In this document: positions 1-13,400 of the stretch, one piece after another
How the letters are laid out: every line of letters starts with the position of its first letter
How positions within the stretch are numbered: the stretch's first letter is position 1
Assembly: GCF_006345805.1 (NCBI RefSeq)
Contig: NC_043004.1
Location: 16,740,001 to 16,804,000 of the forward strand
Source: Octopus sinensis
Lineage: Eukaryota
Direction of reading: 5' to 3'
Length of the DNA: 64,000 nt
The notes under the pieces: model-generated
Told to the model about the DNA's origin: nothing
What the model saw: the letters and a program-made list of their open reading frames with translations, nothing else
The model's database searches: none
Position numbers and translations under genes: made by a program

Positions 1-82
1 TTATTCTTCAGATCGTCTTCTAGAATAGTCAAGATATACAAGCATACACAGAGATAGATAGATAGATAGATCTACATATAAG

Positions 83-140
<58 letters not shown>

Positions 141-221
141 TATATATACAAAGAGAGGGGAAGGGAGATTTACAGCACTACTTCGCGTCGTATCACTGGT
201 ACTGAGTTGATCACTCGAGAA

Positions 222-1420
222 CATGGAAGTCTTGACGAAGTATGGATACCCCAGAAAATTCATTACCGTCGTAAGACAACTACACGATGGCATGTTGGCA
301 ATGGTACAGGGCAACGGAGAGACCTCTGGTTCATTCCCTGTCTCCAGCGGAGTGAAACAAGGATGTGTCCTTGCTCCCACATTGTTCAGCCTTACGTTTT
401 CAGCCATGCTTTCAGGGACACAGATATAGGCATCGGCATCAAGCACCGGTCCGATGATTCAGTCTTCAACCTCGGGAGGCTCAAAGCGAAAACCAAGGTT
501 TCAGTAGACACCGTCAACGACCTCCTGTTTGCTGATGACTGCGCTCTCAATGCTGCCACTGAGTCCAACATGCAGCACAGCGTTAACTTGTTCTCTGGTG
601 CCTGCAACAACTTTGGCCTAAGTATCAATACAAACAAGACTGAGGTACTACATCAACCAGCTCCAACCAAGCCCTACGTTTAACACAACATCACCATCAA
701 CGGGCAGCGAATGAACCCGTTGGACACTTTCACCTACCTTGGCAGCACACTCTCTAGAAATGTTGTCGTCGATGACGAAATCAACGCCAGGCTCGCCAAG
801 GCAAGCGCTGCCTTCGGCAGGCTACGCAAGACTGTCTGGGACAGGAGAGGGATCACCATCATGAAAGAAGATCAAGGTGTACGAAGCTGTTGATCTCACA
901 ATGCTGCTTTGCGGTTGCGAGTCCGGGACGGTCTACCAGCGTCATGACAGGAAGCTGGACCACTTTCAAACAATACCCCTCTGAAAACTGCCCAGCATCC
1001 ATACCATCTTGATGTAATCTCAGCTTCGCTGGGCAGGGCACGTAGTTCGCATGTCAGAAGATCAATTCCTAAAAAGATTGCTCTTTGACGAGCTGCAAAA
1101 GGGAAAGCGCTCACAAGCACTTTAAGGACACTCTGAAAGCCTCACTGAAAGCTTTCAACATCGACCATGACACTTGGGAGCAGTCTGCTCCAGACAGAGA
1201 AGCGTGGCGATCAGCTGTCCACAAAGGTGCCAACACATGCGAGACCAATAGGATCGCTTCTGCAGAAGACCGCAGACAAGCCAGGAAGAACAGAGCCACA
1301 CTGTCAAAGACGCGCTCGGGCGCAGATTTGCCTCACTAGCCTTCTGCGGACTCACAAAACAAGCCCACCCCCACCCAAGGATGACTAGATGGTCTTCGTT
1401 GCGTCGACGGACAAACTACA
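222..1420 (+). mobile_element. RTE-clade LINE, 5'-truncated and frameshifted (RT plus C-terminus)
   Basis: Successive frames give YGYPRKFI..GVKQGCVLAPTLF, LLFADDCAL, FTYLGSTLS..EINARLAKASAAFGRLRK and FKDTLKASLKAFNI..WEQSAPDREAWR, all typical RTE RT and C-terminal motifs. Several frameshifts and stops. Confidence 0.92.
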
Positions 1421-1486
1421 CAATATATGTGTGTGTGCGTGTGTGTATGTGTGTATTTTCTTTTCATTTTCATATACATACATATA

Positions 1487-1798
1487 TCACGTGATCACGA
1501 GACCGACCAGACCATCAGATGTTGCTACACATCGCTGGTCACAATGCGTTCGCATAGTTTTAGCCTTCGAACGACGCCACCCCGCTGGCTAAGCGAGCAG
1601 GCCAACAGAAGAAAGAGTGACAGAAAGAGTGGTGAACGAGTGGTGAAAGAGTACAGCAGGGATCACCACCCCCTGCCAGAGCCTCGTGGAGCTTTAAGTG
1701 TTTTCGCTCAATAAACACACACAACGCCCAGTGTGGGAATCGAAACCGCGATCCTCCGACCGCGAGTCCGCTGCTCTAACCACTGGACCATTGCGCCT

Positions 1799-1801
<3 letters not shown>
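1487..1801 (-). mobile_element. tRNA-derived SINE (family C here)
   Basis: Minus strand starts GTGGAGGCGCAATGGTCCAGTGGTTAGAGCAGCGG..GGTTTCGATTCCC (A and B boxes), followed by AAGCTCCACGAGGCT shared with the 20554 copy. Confidence 0.8.
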
Positions 1802-1833
<32 letters not shown>

Positions 1834-1837
1834 ACAC

Positions 1838-1892
<55 letters not shown>

Positions 1893-1894
<2 letters not shown>

Positions 1895-1997
1895 TTTCTT
1901 GTATTCTTTTACTTGTTTCAGTCATTTGATTGCAGCCATGCTGGAGCTCCGCCTTCAGTCGAACAAATCGACCACAGTGCTTATTCTTTGTAAGCCT
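1893..1997 (-). mobile_element. SINE family A, 3' tail only
   Basis: Reverse complement reads GGCGGAGCTCCAGCATGGCTGCAATCAAATGACTGAAACAAGTAAAA, matching the tails at 14560 and 29190. Confidence 0.75.
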
Positions 1998-2029
1998 ATG
2001 TATATGATCCGCTTTACCCTTCAATGAAG

Positions 2030-2790
2030 AATCTCAACTTACGGATCCTCATCCTATTTACCCAGACAGCACTACCAGCTCCCCACCATTCCAAACATAA
2101 TTAAGCACCCCAACAATTCAATCCAACGAAGAAGCTCTAACACGTGCTCGTAACCAGTTACCCAGGCAGTAACACTAACCTCCCAGCAATCCCTGTATAA
2201 TAAGTAATAATAATATTGATTTAATTAATTACAATAATAACACCAATAATAACTTCTACCAACCAAATTACAATAAACATTTTTTAGACCAAGCGGAGAG
2301 AATCAGGGACACACGTTGAAACAAAACATACGGGAGAAACCCAAAGTAATTAAAAGAAAACTCTCTCTATAACAAAAATCATTATACTAGCCAAAGTTTT
2401 AAAGTTTACTCCAACCACACGAAGATTTAACCATAAGGATATTAAGGACAATATTTCGGAATTCTGCAGAAAACTACGACTCGCAGAAGCAGTAACTGAC
2501 TACAATAACGAAGATGAATCAGTAGTCAAAAACAGAAGTAATTACCTTCCACATAAGGGTAAGAATAAAACACTGGATGACTTCTGCGACCATATCCAAA
2601 ATTTCCCTTATACATCCAATAAACGAAAAATTAATCCGAATCTCAACAATCTAGAATGGAAAAATCTAATTGAACTACAAACCGACAAAAACCCGACAAT
2701 TAAAGAAGCAGACAAAGGAAGTGCTGTAGTTCTGATGGATATAGAAAACTATAAAAACCTAGTATCATCCATACTAGAAAACGATATATA
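2030..2790 (+). mobile_element. Penelope-like element fragment (pre-RT N-terminal region), absent from the ATG-based ORF track
   Basis: About 2374-2790 translates ILAKVLKFTPT..ISEFCRKLRLAEA..NKTLDDFCDHIQ..IKEADKGSAVVLMD, colinear with the PLE frame at 34240-34680. Confidence 0.85.
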
Positions 2791-2796
2791 TATATA

Positions 2797-3585
2797 CTAG
2801 ACCGGACTACCCGTGACCCGTAGGATCACTAGGAAACTGAGTTCCCCAGGAACGGAGTTTAGTTTCATGGGTTTTGTTTTCTTTTCCAGGTTATTTCTCA
2901 TGCTTTCAGCGAATGTGACATCAAAATCATGCATAAACGGCTCCTTTTCACAGAAAAGGTAAAATTGACTGCGATTTCTTGAACGTTCTGCTACAACGTA
3001 ACAGGTATGTAGCGTCCTTTATCGCAAATAGCTGTTACGTGGTAGCAGGGCGTGCAAGAAATAGCAGCCAAATCTTTGGAGGTGGGATACGTTGAATGCA
3101 CTCGAAAAAAACAATGAAAAAATACTATTTTACACCGAGGGTAAAAACGAGTCTTTTATGAATATTTACAGTATTTTTAAAGTAATTTGCACTTTAAAAC
3201 ATTTTTTGGATATCCCCAAAACAAATTTGTAATGGTATTCACTTGAAAATCATTTAAGGAAACATTAAAATATTGTCTGTTTAAAGAAAGCTAACATATA
3301 AATACTTACTATACAAACACCTTACATTTTTGAAATCACATTCACTTAAAAAAATTTTTCTAAATGAATAAACTATTGTGTTTAACAAAAGCGAAAGTAG
3401 AAACATTTACTGAAAATAAACAAATCCTATTTTATCGTTGTCAAGTCACTGTCTCTAATCGAAAGATAAGGGTTTCTTACCTTTCAGGATTAAGATTATT
3501 TCCGGAATATTTTCCCATAATGTACCAGATTGGCTGAGTAACATTGCAAACAAGCAAGATACAAACTGACTTTTAACGTATAATA
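2797..3585 (-). mobile_element. Probable non-autonomous Helitron-like element
   Basis: Minus-strand 3' end has hairpin GTGATCC-TAC-GGGTCAC, 12 nt, then CTAG followed by T (2797-2829). The 5' end near 3585 resembles the other Helitron 5' ends but is less certain. Confidence 0.45.
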
Positions 3586-3586
3586 C

Positions 3587-3630
<44 letters not shown>

Positions 3631-5849
3631 GTGTGTGTGTATGTGTGTGTGTGGGGGGTGTATACATGTCACGTATGCATATTACAGTAACATGTCTATA
3701 TTGCCATATGTAAATGTGAGGTCTCTCTGAAACAGTTAAATTTGTTTTCGACCGTTCAAATTAATCCATTAGAACGATATCTTGATTTCTTTAGTCCTTA
3801 AAATAGTTGTGTATATAGGATCTTCTCTAGTGTTCAAATGCATACGAACCGGAGAATTTCATTCTCTTAGGCATTTAGTGTTGAATGACGTTTAACGACA
3901 CCAACGTGGGAGTTCCTGCGCTGTCGGTCTGGTGTCGTATAAATGGAAGCCCTACTTTGACTATACAATCTTAGATGTACAGTACTTGAACATGAAACAA
4001 TATTTCCTATTTAATATGCTTTTGGTGTTATATCCTCTCCATTACAGACGTCCTGGGGCTAAAGATGACCAATCACATGTATTTTATGGTATGGTATAAG
4101 CACAAAGAAGCATCCGGCCTTATTATGACTTTTGCTAAATATTGGGTCGTTAAAAACAACTTGATTCAGATTTTAGCTTCACCATTTTTATATATTCAGT
4201 TTCACAACACAATTTTCCACTATACATTTCACTTTTTATAATATGTTTTCGACGTATAATATGTTTTCGACGGATCGTTGAGACTGCTTGAAATAAAAGC
4301 AACTCTGCATCAGATCACATCCTATATATCTTAAGAAACAGGAGACCCTTTGATCAACATATTGTTGTATCCTAGTTGCATATACAGCAACAACGGTTGA
4401 TCGACGCATTTCTTACATTCCAGTTTTGAATATAACATACCAGGTGGTCATGCCTCACGCGTCTTTCATCATAGCTCCATTCAGACAGAACCGACATGAA
4501 TCCAAGAAAAAAACTTCTTCATTCATTATATGTTTTAGGTGGTGTCTGGTTTTGTCGCTGTTGTTTTGTACCTGTTGTTTCTGTCTTTTGATCCCTGAGC
4601 TTCTCAGAAAAACTTAAGCAATTTTTGTCTACTTTCACTTTGTCCAAGCATACCGAGTATTCACTATATAAGAACATTACTCTCAATTGACATCTTTTAT
4701 CAGTTGATGAAAGAAAAAAGATAAAATCAGAGAAGTTGGAAGAAGAAAGAGACCAGATATTAAAAACAGTAACAGATGTATTAAACTTTGAGTCAGTAAA
4801 ATAGCTGACGCAGCTGTACAACTATTTCGATGTTTTGAATGTAGTTCCATCTACTACATAAAACAACTTATTACTGAGATGTGTAAACTATTTTACAAAA
4901 CTTTACAAAGATATTCTGTCAGTAAAACAATCAATTCTCATGTTTAGTAGGTAAACATATCATTTTCAACTTACATATTTTGACAAAAATTGTGAAACTG
5001 AAACATTCAAGAAAGCATTCCTTATCGTGAAAATTTATTCTGAGAATAAAAATAATTCTCTGAAACTATTCTCTGAATAAAAATATTCTCTGAAACTATT
5101 TTTATATATGAAGAAATTTTGTCCAAGTTAGTTTACTGACATGTTGCATTGATACATTTAGACACAACTATTATGAAGAGAATTTTTTTTATATTTATCA
5201 TCTGCTACTGGCATTACTAACGTAAACACATATGCATAAACGTGAGAGCTGTTATGTAATTATTTGACTCCTTAGTGGTAGCAGACAAGTCTCTTGCAAA
5301 TCAACCAGAAAGACACATTATAATAATGAAAGCAAACCTTGACGAGAATCATTGTTCATAGGGATGTCAGCTAAATAAATGTCAATATTGTACAGTTTAT
5401 ATATTTAGTTGACAGAATAGCATCAACTTTTTGAAAGTGAAAAAGTTAATAATTTTCTGAGTCTTTCAAACATTGTGTGTATTTAAACATGATATGTTCT
5501 ATAATATTGATAGAATTTAAATAGACAAATAATTTCTATCTATTACCATCATGCAGTCATCAAATCGGTGAGTATAGAACTAGTATGTGTTATGACTACG
5601 CCTACTTTGGGTGGTTCACTTTAAAAGTTGTAATAGTTTCCTTTAATCTTTTCAGTATCCATGGATGAGAAATTTAGTTGAAAGCATTTTTTGAATCAAT
5701 TGGACGAGGCATTCTTTAGTTACAGCTTTGTTGTAATTGATTTTCCTATCCATAAGTGTGATTGCAGCATTGATCAGCTCTTCTGATGTGTTTTGTTTCT
5801 TATTTCAGAGAAAGCATTTATTATTTACGATAAAATTGATTTTTTATTT

Positions 5850-7300
5850 ATTATACGCAAACAACTCCTAAGCCTGTAGTTGGGTTGTTTGATGTTTCTG
5901 ACATGTTGTTTAGTAAGTTATGCTTTTAGGCGCTGTTTCTAAATATTTCTAAGTAATTTGTATTTATTAGATGTTTATCCAAAGTTTAGAGATTTGGTCA
6001 TTTCTGCAATCCTTTCAGTGGTAGGTGTACTGTATGGTTAAACGCAATATCTTAGTTAAACCAATGTATAATGTTTTGGCTTTTATGCTCACTGCTACAA
6101 AGTAAATTCATTCAATATTGTCATGTCGATTATTAAAACAACTATTATTATGTTTGTCATAAAAAAGGAGGATTCTTTAATATTCGGCATTATTTGTTGT
6201 CCGTGTATATGAAAAATATCCACAAATCTCTTTGCATTGCTACTTCCGAAGACGACAGAATGTTCCATTGATAACCACATAATATTTTCTTTCAGAAGTT
6301 GAAAGCCAACTGTATAAGGATTTTAGTGTTATATTTCTTCTAAGATATTGTGGGAGTTAATTGTCGGAATCCTGATATTATATAATGTATTATTTCAGTA
6401 AAGAAATCGTATTTGCGGCGTTTATCATCCATAAGCAACAATATCGATACCTTTTCATGTGCCTTGTATTCTCAATTTGTATGGTAAATATCGATTACTT
6501 ATATAAGTGTATGATAAGAATTTGAGGGATAGGGGATGACTTGTGTGTAGCTCATATAGTATCTGATTTACTAATACTAATGCTCTAGTGTGTTGTCGAT
6601 TGATTTCAGGCGGAATCGAACCAAAAGTTTTCTGAAAATCAATACACGCCCAGAAGCTAATCTTTACATGTACTCCTGAATCATTCAATACTATCATGTT
6701 AATATGCTGTTGGTCAACAACTGCTATATAAGGCTGAGAAAGATACGCATGTACTCTAAGAAAATTAAGTTTTCTATAATATTCCGATCATTTTATGAGA
6801 TATCCTGAGAGAATTACATAAATTGCAAGTAGAGGGGAAAAGTTTAGGCACAGCATAATAATCGAATTCTTTTCATTCTTCCGATTGTTAGTTTTTAGGT
6901 ATTAGGTAAGTGCCCCAGGGTTTGAATTTTTCGAATTTTGCTATTTACTTCATTCGCTTTGCATGCTAGTTCTATCTTCGTTTATGTTCTCATTGTTTTT
7001 ATTGCTGCTCGTTTTCTTGTGTTCATTCGTGTTGTTTTCACAATGTATTCCATCTTTCCAATGTCTTACTTCAATGTCTGATATTTTGTTTCATTTTCAG
7101 ACGGTATCTTCTTCGGTTAGCTAGTCTACTGGGACCTAATGATTTTTCTTCCAAAGTTTACAACAATATGGAGTCGTATATTTTTGTTACGCAGAATGAT
7201 GCCATAAAATAAGCTTATAGAATGTAAATACATTCATCTCGTGTCCATTGGTGCCTTTCCGTTCGATTCGTGACATTTAACGAGTAAACCCGGTTCTTTA
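5850..7300 (-). mobile_element. Heavily decayed R4/Dong-like (RLE-type) non-LTR retrotransposon RT
   Basis: Minus-strand remnants in the correct order: GTYLIPKN (~6900), DQQHINMIVLND..WACIDFQKTFGSIP (~6700-6610) and SILLLMDDK (~6430, YMDD-like). Many stops; boundaries approximate. Confidence 0.55.
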
Positions 7301-7727
7301 TTTGAACTGTTATCAATTTCATTGGGTACCGTTTCATTTGTTCGTAATGTTTTCGGGAATTTCACGCGCGTTGCTTTGTTTTGTTTTGTTTTTGCTTTTG
7401 AATTCACTTCAATGGACGTGCATCTTTATTATTTATTTTGAGTCGAACAATAACATTTTGCTTGAATTGCCATTTTTCACGTGAAGTGGCGGGGAAAAGA
7501 CTTGGTTTCGTATTTATATGGATTGTGCCTCGATAGTTTGTTCATATATGATATACGAACACAGAATAATTTCAACATTTGTAATACATCATATATAAGC
7601 AGAAACGATCAATAAATTTTACAGAGTATTATTCGCAATATTTTCGATTTCCGTTGTTGTTTGATCGTGGTTATTGAATATTTTTCGGAGAAATCAAGCA
7701 ACCTTCCCTTGCATGCTATCTCCCGAT

Positions 7728-8150
7728 GGAGTGGCAGAATCGTTAGCGCGTCGGATAAAATGCTTAACGATATTGTTTCCGGCGCCTTAGGTTCTTAGTT
7801 CAAATCCTACCGAGATTCTTGCAGGGTCGATAACATAAAGGACCAGTCAAGTCCTAGGATCGATATAATTCACTAACCCATTCTGTCTAAAACTGCTGGC
7901 CTAGGGCCAAAATTTGTAGACGTTATCAAGTTGAGGCCCCGAGCTGGCAGAATCGTTAGCGTCACGGACAAAATTCTTAGCGACGTTTCATCCGACTTTA
8001 CGTTCCAAGTTCAAATTCTGTCGCAGTTCATTTTACCTTTTATTCCTCCAGGATCGGTAAAACAGTGCCAGTTATGTACTGGATTTGATAACGCCGATTA
8101 ACCCCCTTCACCAAATATTTAGCCTTGTGTCTATATTACAAGCAACTATT
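7728..8150 (+). mobile_element. Two degenerate SINE family B copies
   Basis: GAGCTGGCAGAATCGTTAGC heads and TTCAAATTC B-box-like motifs, similar to the intact copies at 52595 and 57834. Confidence 0.65.
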
Positions 8151-8168
8151 TTATTTAGTTTTGTTTTT

Positions 8169-8203
<35 letters not shown>

Positions 8204-8951
8204 AATAATCATCATCACCATCATCTAATCTATCATTATTCTATGTGTAAATATTTCTTCTTGGTGGGGTTATTACAGTTCGTTTAACTGCAATTTAGAA
8301 TGTCGCAGACAGCAACTCAGCTCTACCAATAAAACACTCTGTAAAATAACTAAAGATACATACATATAAATATACATATATCACACTTTCAGTTTAAATT
8401 CAGCACCAAATTTACTTTAACGCAGACAATCGACCGGTACTTAATATATTAATAGAAACTGAATTCTGTAATTACTCAAAAGTAATTAACCAACATTCAG
8501 CAGACTCTGGAATTTAATTTGGAATTATGAAATAAATGTTTAAAGTTGTCTATGTTGTTTGTATTTGTTGATTAATACTAGCGTGGAACGAGAGAATTAT
8601 TGGCGTTCGTGGAAATTAACAGCATAAATAGGCTGTTCTTCTCATCGCAGCTGTTAACTTTTACCCTTGGCCGATGTATTTAACTCCAGTCACCTCAGCC
8701 AACATACAGGAAGCAACGTATCAGATCGAATATAGAAAAGTTACGCTACAATATAAACGAGCGTATGAGTCCAATTAAATCTTGTCTGTCACCTGTTGAA
8801 CCCTTGTATAATACAGCAGTGTGATTAATAAACGTATAAAAGAATGTAATTTATCGCCGTTATTTTTTTGTTATCGTTTCTTTTACTTATAGCAGAGACC
8901 AATTGATTGTTCTATATCTTGCCAATAAAAGTTTGTTGATATACATATGTG

Positions 8952-8996
<45 letters not shown>

Positions 8997-10442
8997 TGTG
9001 TGTATGTGTGTGTGTGTGTGTGTGTTTCTTTTCGAGAATCGATGGAGCAATTTTGATAAAAGTTGACTGAGACATAATTAAATTTTTTTAGATGAAAAGA
9101 GAAATAGGAAATAAATACCAGGATTTTGCATTTTCACTCTTATAACATAAAAATTGAACTTCATCTTGGCTAATGTTTAATTCCTAAAATTTCAACATAG
9201 GAAAGATTAGAATTGATAATGCTTCTTTTTTTTATTAGTCTTTTTATATTTTTTATTTAGATTTTATTTTTTCACACTCAACGGATAACGAGAAATTGGA
9301 CGAACTGTTGTTTTGATACCTAACATAAAATAAATTCTATTAAATCTTTTCGTCAATTCCTGTTTCGTTTTATACATACGAAATTTATATAGCTTTTTTA
9401 TCGTTTTACTTTGTCAGACAGAGTTTTATTTAAAGTGTTAAAGGGGGCAAACTTTATCGAATTTGACGAATTAGCTGTCTGTCTTCATCAAGATAAAAAA
9501 TATAAGATAATAAAACTGCTAAGAAATAAACGTAACGTAATGTAAGACGAGACGTCTAAGGTGGATAGCTTTGTTATTAGATTCAGTTAATATCTTAATC
9601 ACAAACTGTTACATTATTTCACATTACTGCCATTTTTAGCTCATTTGTACACTTGTTATGGTCTTTTTTTATGTGGAAGTGTATTTATTTGTGATTGTAT
9701 GTTATAGGTATGTTCTACACACAAGTATGTACTACATAGGTATGTATTACACAAACAAGCACCACGAAGACACACACATATATGTATATATGTATGATTG
9801 TATGTATGTATGATTTTATGTATGTATGTGTGTATGTATATGTAGATCTGAAGTTGAGCAGAGTAGCGTAGTGGAAGTGTGTCGAGTTCATTACCCAGAT
9901 ATTCATAAATCGTAACTATGCTCTGCGAATGCTGCGTGTCGTTAATAGCCAGCTGGAGAAGATGCTTTCCTGGGGCTTAAACAACAGTAACATCGCCCTT
10001 TATAGGACCGCCACATTTTGTTGATAAATAAACTTTACTATTGGGTACAGTTACTCTACACCTCACTCTGAGAGATTAAAAATAAATCGTTTTTCTCTAT
10101 ACGAGATAAGCGACTGTGTGTCGCTTAAAGAATACATAGAGTTTTCGTGTGGCGAAAGATTTCATCAACAGCCAATGATTATCTCACACTGAGGACAGGT
10201 AACCAACCAGAAACTATGGTCTGTGAGTATCAAGTAAAGTTGGAGATGGGGCCGATGACCTCCCTTGCAAAAGCTATACGGACACAGACTGTGTCGATGG
10301 CCAGCTGGAAAAGATGTTTTCCTTGGGCTTAATCAACAGTAACACCGTCCTTTATAGGACCGCCACATACATACATGCATACATACATATATACACACAT
10401 ACATACATATGAACGTAGGTATGTATTCATGTATATTATACA

Positions 10443-10482
10443 CTAGCAGTATCGCCCGGCGTTGCTCGGGTTTGTAAGGGAA
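10443..10482 (-). mobile_element. Helitron 3' terminus, isolated from its body
   Basis: Minus strand CCCGAGCAACGCCGGG hairpin, then 8 nt, then CTAG|T. Nearly identical to 14960-14999. Confidence 0.78.
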
Positions 10483-13400
10483 GATCTCTTTCGGCACCCT
10501 TTTGATCATTTTCGGCACACTCTTTGATCTCTGTCGACACCCCCTTTGATATCTGTCGACACCCCTCTTTGATCTCTATCGGCACCCCCTTTGATCTCTG
10601 TCGGCACCCCTCTTTGATCTCTGTCGGCACCCCTCTTTGATCTCTGTCGGAACCCCCTTTGATCTCTGTCGGCACCCCTCTTTGATATCTGTCGGTACCC
10701 CCTTTGATCTCTGTCGGCACCCCATTGATCTCTGTCGGCACCCTCTTTGATCCTTGTCGGCACTCTTCTTTGATCTCTATCGGCACCCCTTTTGATCTCT
10801 TTCGGCACCCCTCTTTGATCTCTGTCGGCACCCCCTTTGATCTCTGTCGGCACCCCTTTGATCTCTGTGCATCCCTCTTTGATCTCTGTCGACACCCCTC
10901 TTTGATCTCTGTCGGCATCCCTCTTTGATCTCAGTCGGTACCCCTCTTTGATCTCTGTCGGTACCCCTCTTTGATCTCTGTCGGCACCCCCTTTGATCTC
11001 TGTACACCCCCTTTGATCTTTGTCGGCACCCGTCTTTGATTTCTGTCGGCACCCCTCTTTGATCTCTGTCGGCATCCCTTTGATCTCTGTCGACACCCCT
11101 CTTTGATCTCTGTCGGCACCCCTCTTTGATCTCTGTCGGCACCACATTGATCTCTTTTATATCTTTCAGCACCCTTTTTGATCTCTGTCGGCACCCTCTT
11201 TGATCTCTGTCGGCACCCCTCTTTGATCTCTGTCGACACCCTCTTTGATCTCTGTCGGCACCCCCTTTGATCTCTGTCGGCACCCCCTTTGATCTCTGTC
11301 GGCACCCCTCTTTGATTTCTGTCGGCACCACCATTGATCTCTGTCGGCACCCTTTTTGATCTCTGTCGGCACCTTCTTTGATCTCTGACGGCACCCCTTT
11401 GATCTCTGTCGGCACCCCTCTTTGATCTCTGTCGGTACTCCTCCTTGATCTCTGTCGGTACCCCTCTTTGATCTCTGTCGGCACCCTCTTTTATCTCTGT
11501 AGGTACCCCTCTTTGGTATATGTCGGCACACCCTTTGATCTCTGTCGGTACCCCTCTTTGATCTCTGTCGGCAATCCCCTTTGATCTCTGTCGGCACCCC
11601 TCTTTGATCTCTGTTGGCACCCCCTTTCATCTCTGTCGGCACCCCATTGATCTCTGTCGGCACCCTCTTTGATCCTTGTCGGTACCCTTCTTTGATCTCT
11701 TCGGCACCCCTCTTTGATCTCTTTCGGCACCCCTCTTTGATCTCTGTCGGCACCCCCTTTGATCTCTGTCGGCACTCCCTTTGATATCTGTGCATCCCTC
11801 TTTGATCTCTGTCGGCACCCCTCTTTGATCTCTGTCGGCACCCCCTTTGATCTCTGTCGGCACCCCTCTTTGATCTCTGTCGGCACCCCTCTTTGATCTC
11901 TGTCGACACCCCTCTTTGATCTATGTCGGCACCCTCTTTGATCTCTGGCGGCACCCCCTTTGATCTCTATCAGCACCCTTCTTTGATATCTGTCGGCACC
12001 CTCTTTGGTCTCTGTCAGCACCCCCTTTCATCTCTGTCGGCACCCCTTTGCTCTCTGTCGGCACCTCTCTTTGATTTCTGTCGGCACCCCAATTGATCTC
12101 TGTCGGCACCCTCTTTGATCTCTGTCGGCATCCCTCTTTGATCTCTGTCGGGACCCCTTTTTGATCTCTGTCGGTACCCCCCTTTGTTCTCTGTCGGCAC
12201 CCTCTTTTATCTCTGTAGGTACCCCTCTTTGATATCTGTCGGGACCCCCTGTGATCTCTGTCGGTACCCCTCTTTGATCTTTGTCGGCACACTCTTTTAT
12301 CTCTGTCGGTACCCCTCTTTGATCTCTGTCAGCACCCTCTTTGGTCTCTGTCGACACCCCCTTTGATCTCTGTCGGCACCCCTCTTTGGTCTCTGTCGGC
12401 ACCACTCTTTGATTTCTGTCGGCACCCACATTGATCTCTGTCGGTACCCCTCTTTGATCTCTGTCGGCACCGTCTTTTATCTCTGTCGATACCCCCTCTT
12501 TGATCTCTGTCGGTACCCTCTTTGATCTCTGTCGGCATCCCTCTTTGATCTCTGTCGGCACCCCTTTGATCTCTGTCGGCACCCCTCTTTGATCTCTGTC
12601 GACACCCCTCTTTGATCTCTGTCGGCACCCCCTTTGATCTCTGTCGACACCCTTTTTGATCTCTGTCGGCACCCCTCTTTGATCTCTGTCGGCACTCTCT
12701 TTCGTCTCTGTCGGCACCCCCTTTGATCTCTGTCGGCACCCCTCTTTGATCTCTGTCGGCACCCTCTTTGAATTCTGTCGGCACATCCATTGATCTCTGC
12801 CGGTACCCTCTTTGATCTCTGTCGGCACCCTCTTTTATCTCTGTCGATACCCCTCTTTGATCTCTTTCGGCACCCTCTTTGATCTCTGTCCGCACCCCTT
12901 TGATCTCTGTGCATCCCCTTTGATCTCTGTCGGCGCCTCTCTTTGATCTCTGTTGGCACCCCTCTTTGATCTATGTCGGCACCCCTCTTTGATCTCTGTC
13001 GGCACCCTCTTTGATTCCTGTCGGCACCCCTCTTTGATCTCTGTCGGCACCCTCTTTGATCTCTGTCGGCACCCTCTTTGATTCCTGTCGGCACCCCTCT
13101 TTGATCTCTGTCAGCACCCCTCTTTGATCTCTGTCGGCACCCTCTTTGATTGTTGTCGGCACCCCTCTTTGATCCATGTCGGCACCCCCTTTGATATCTG
13201 TCGGCACCCCACTTTGATCTCTGTCGACACCCCTCTTTGATCTCTGTCGGCACCCCCTTTGATCTCTGTCGACACCTTCTTTGATCTATGTCGGCACCCC
13301 TCTTTGATCTCTGTCGGTACCCTCTTTGATCTCTGTCGGCACCTCCTTTGATCTCTGTCAGCACCCCTTTGATCTCTGTGCATCCCCTTTGATCTCAGTC

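Noticed and set aside
1-30. Minus-strand CTGAAGA at the window edge
   Set aside because: The rest of any hammerhead would lie outside the window, so it cannot be evaluated.
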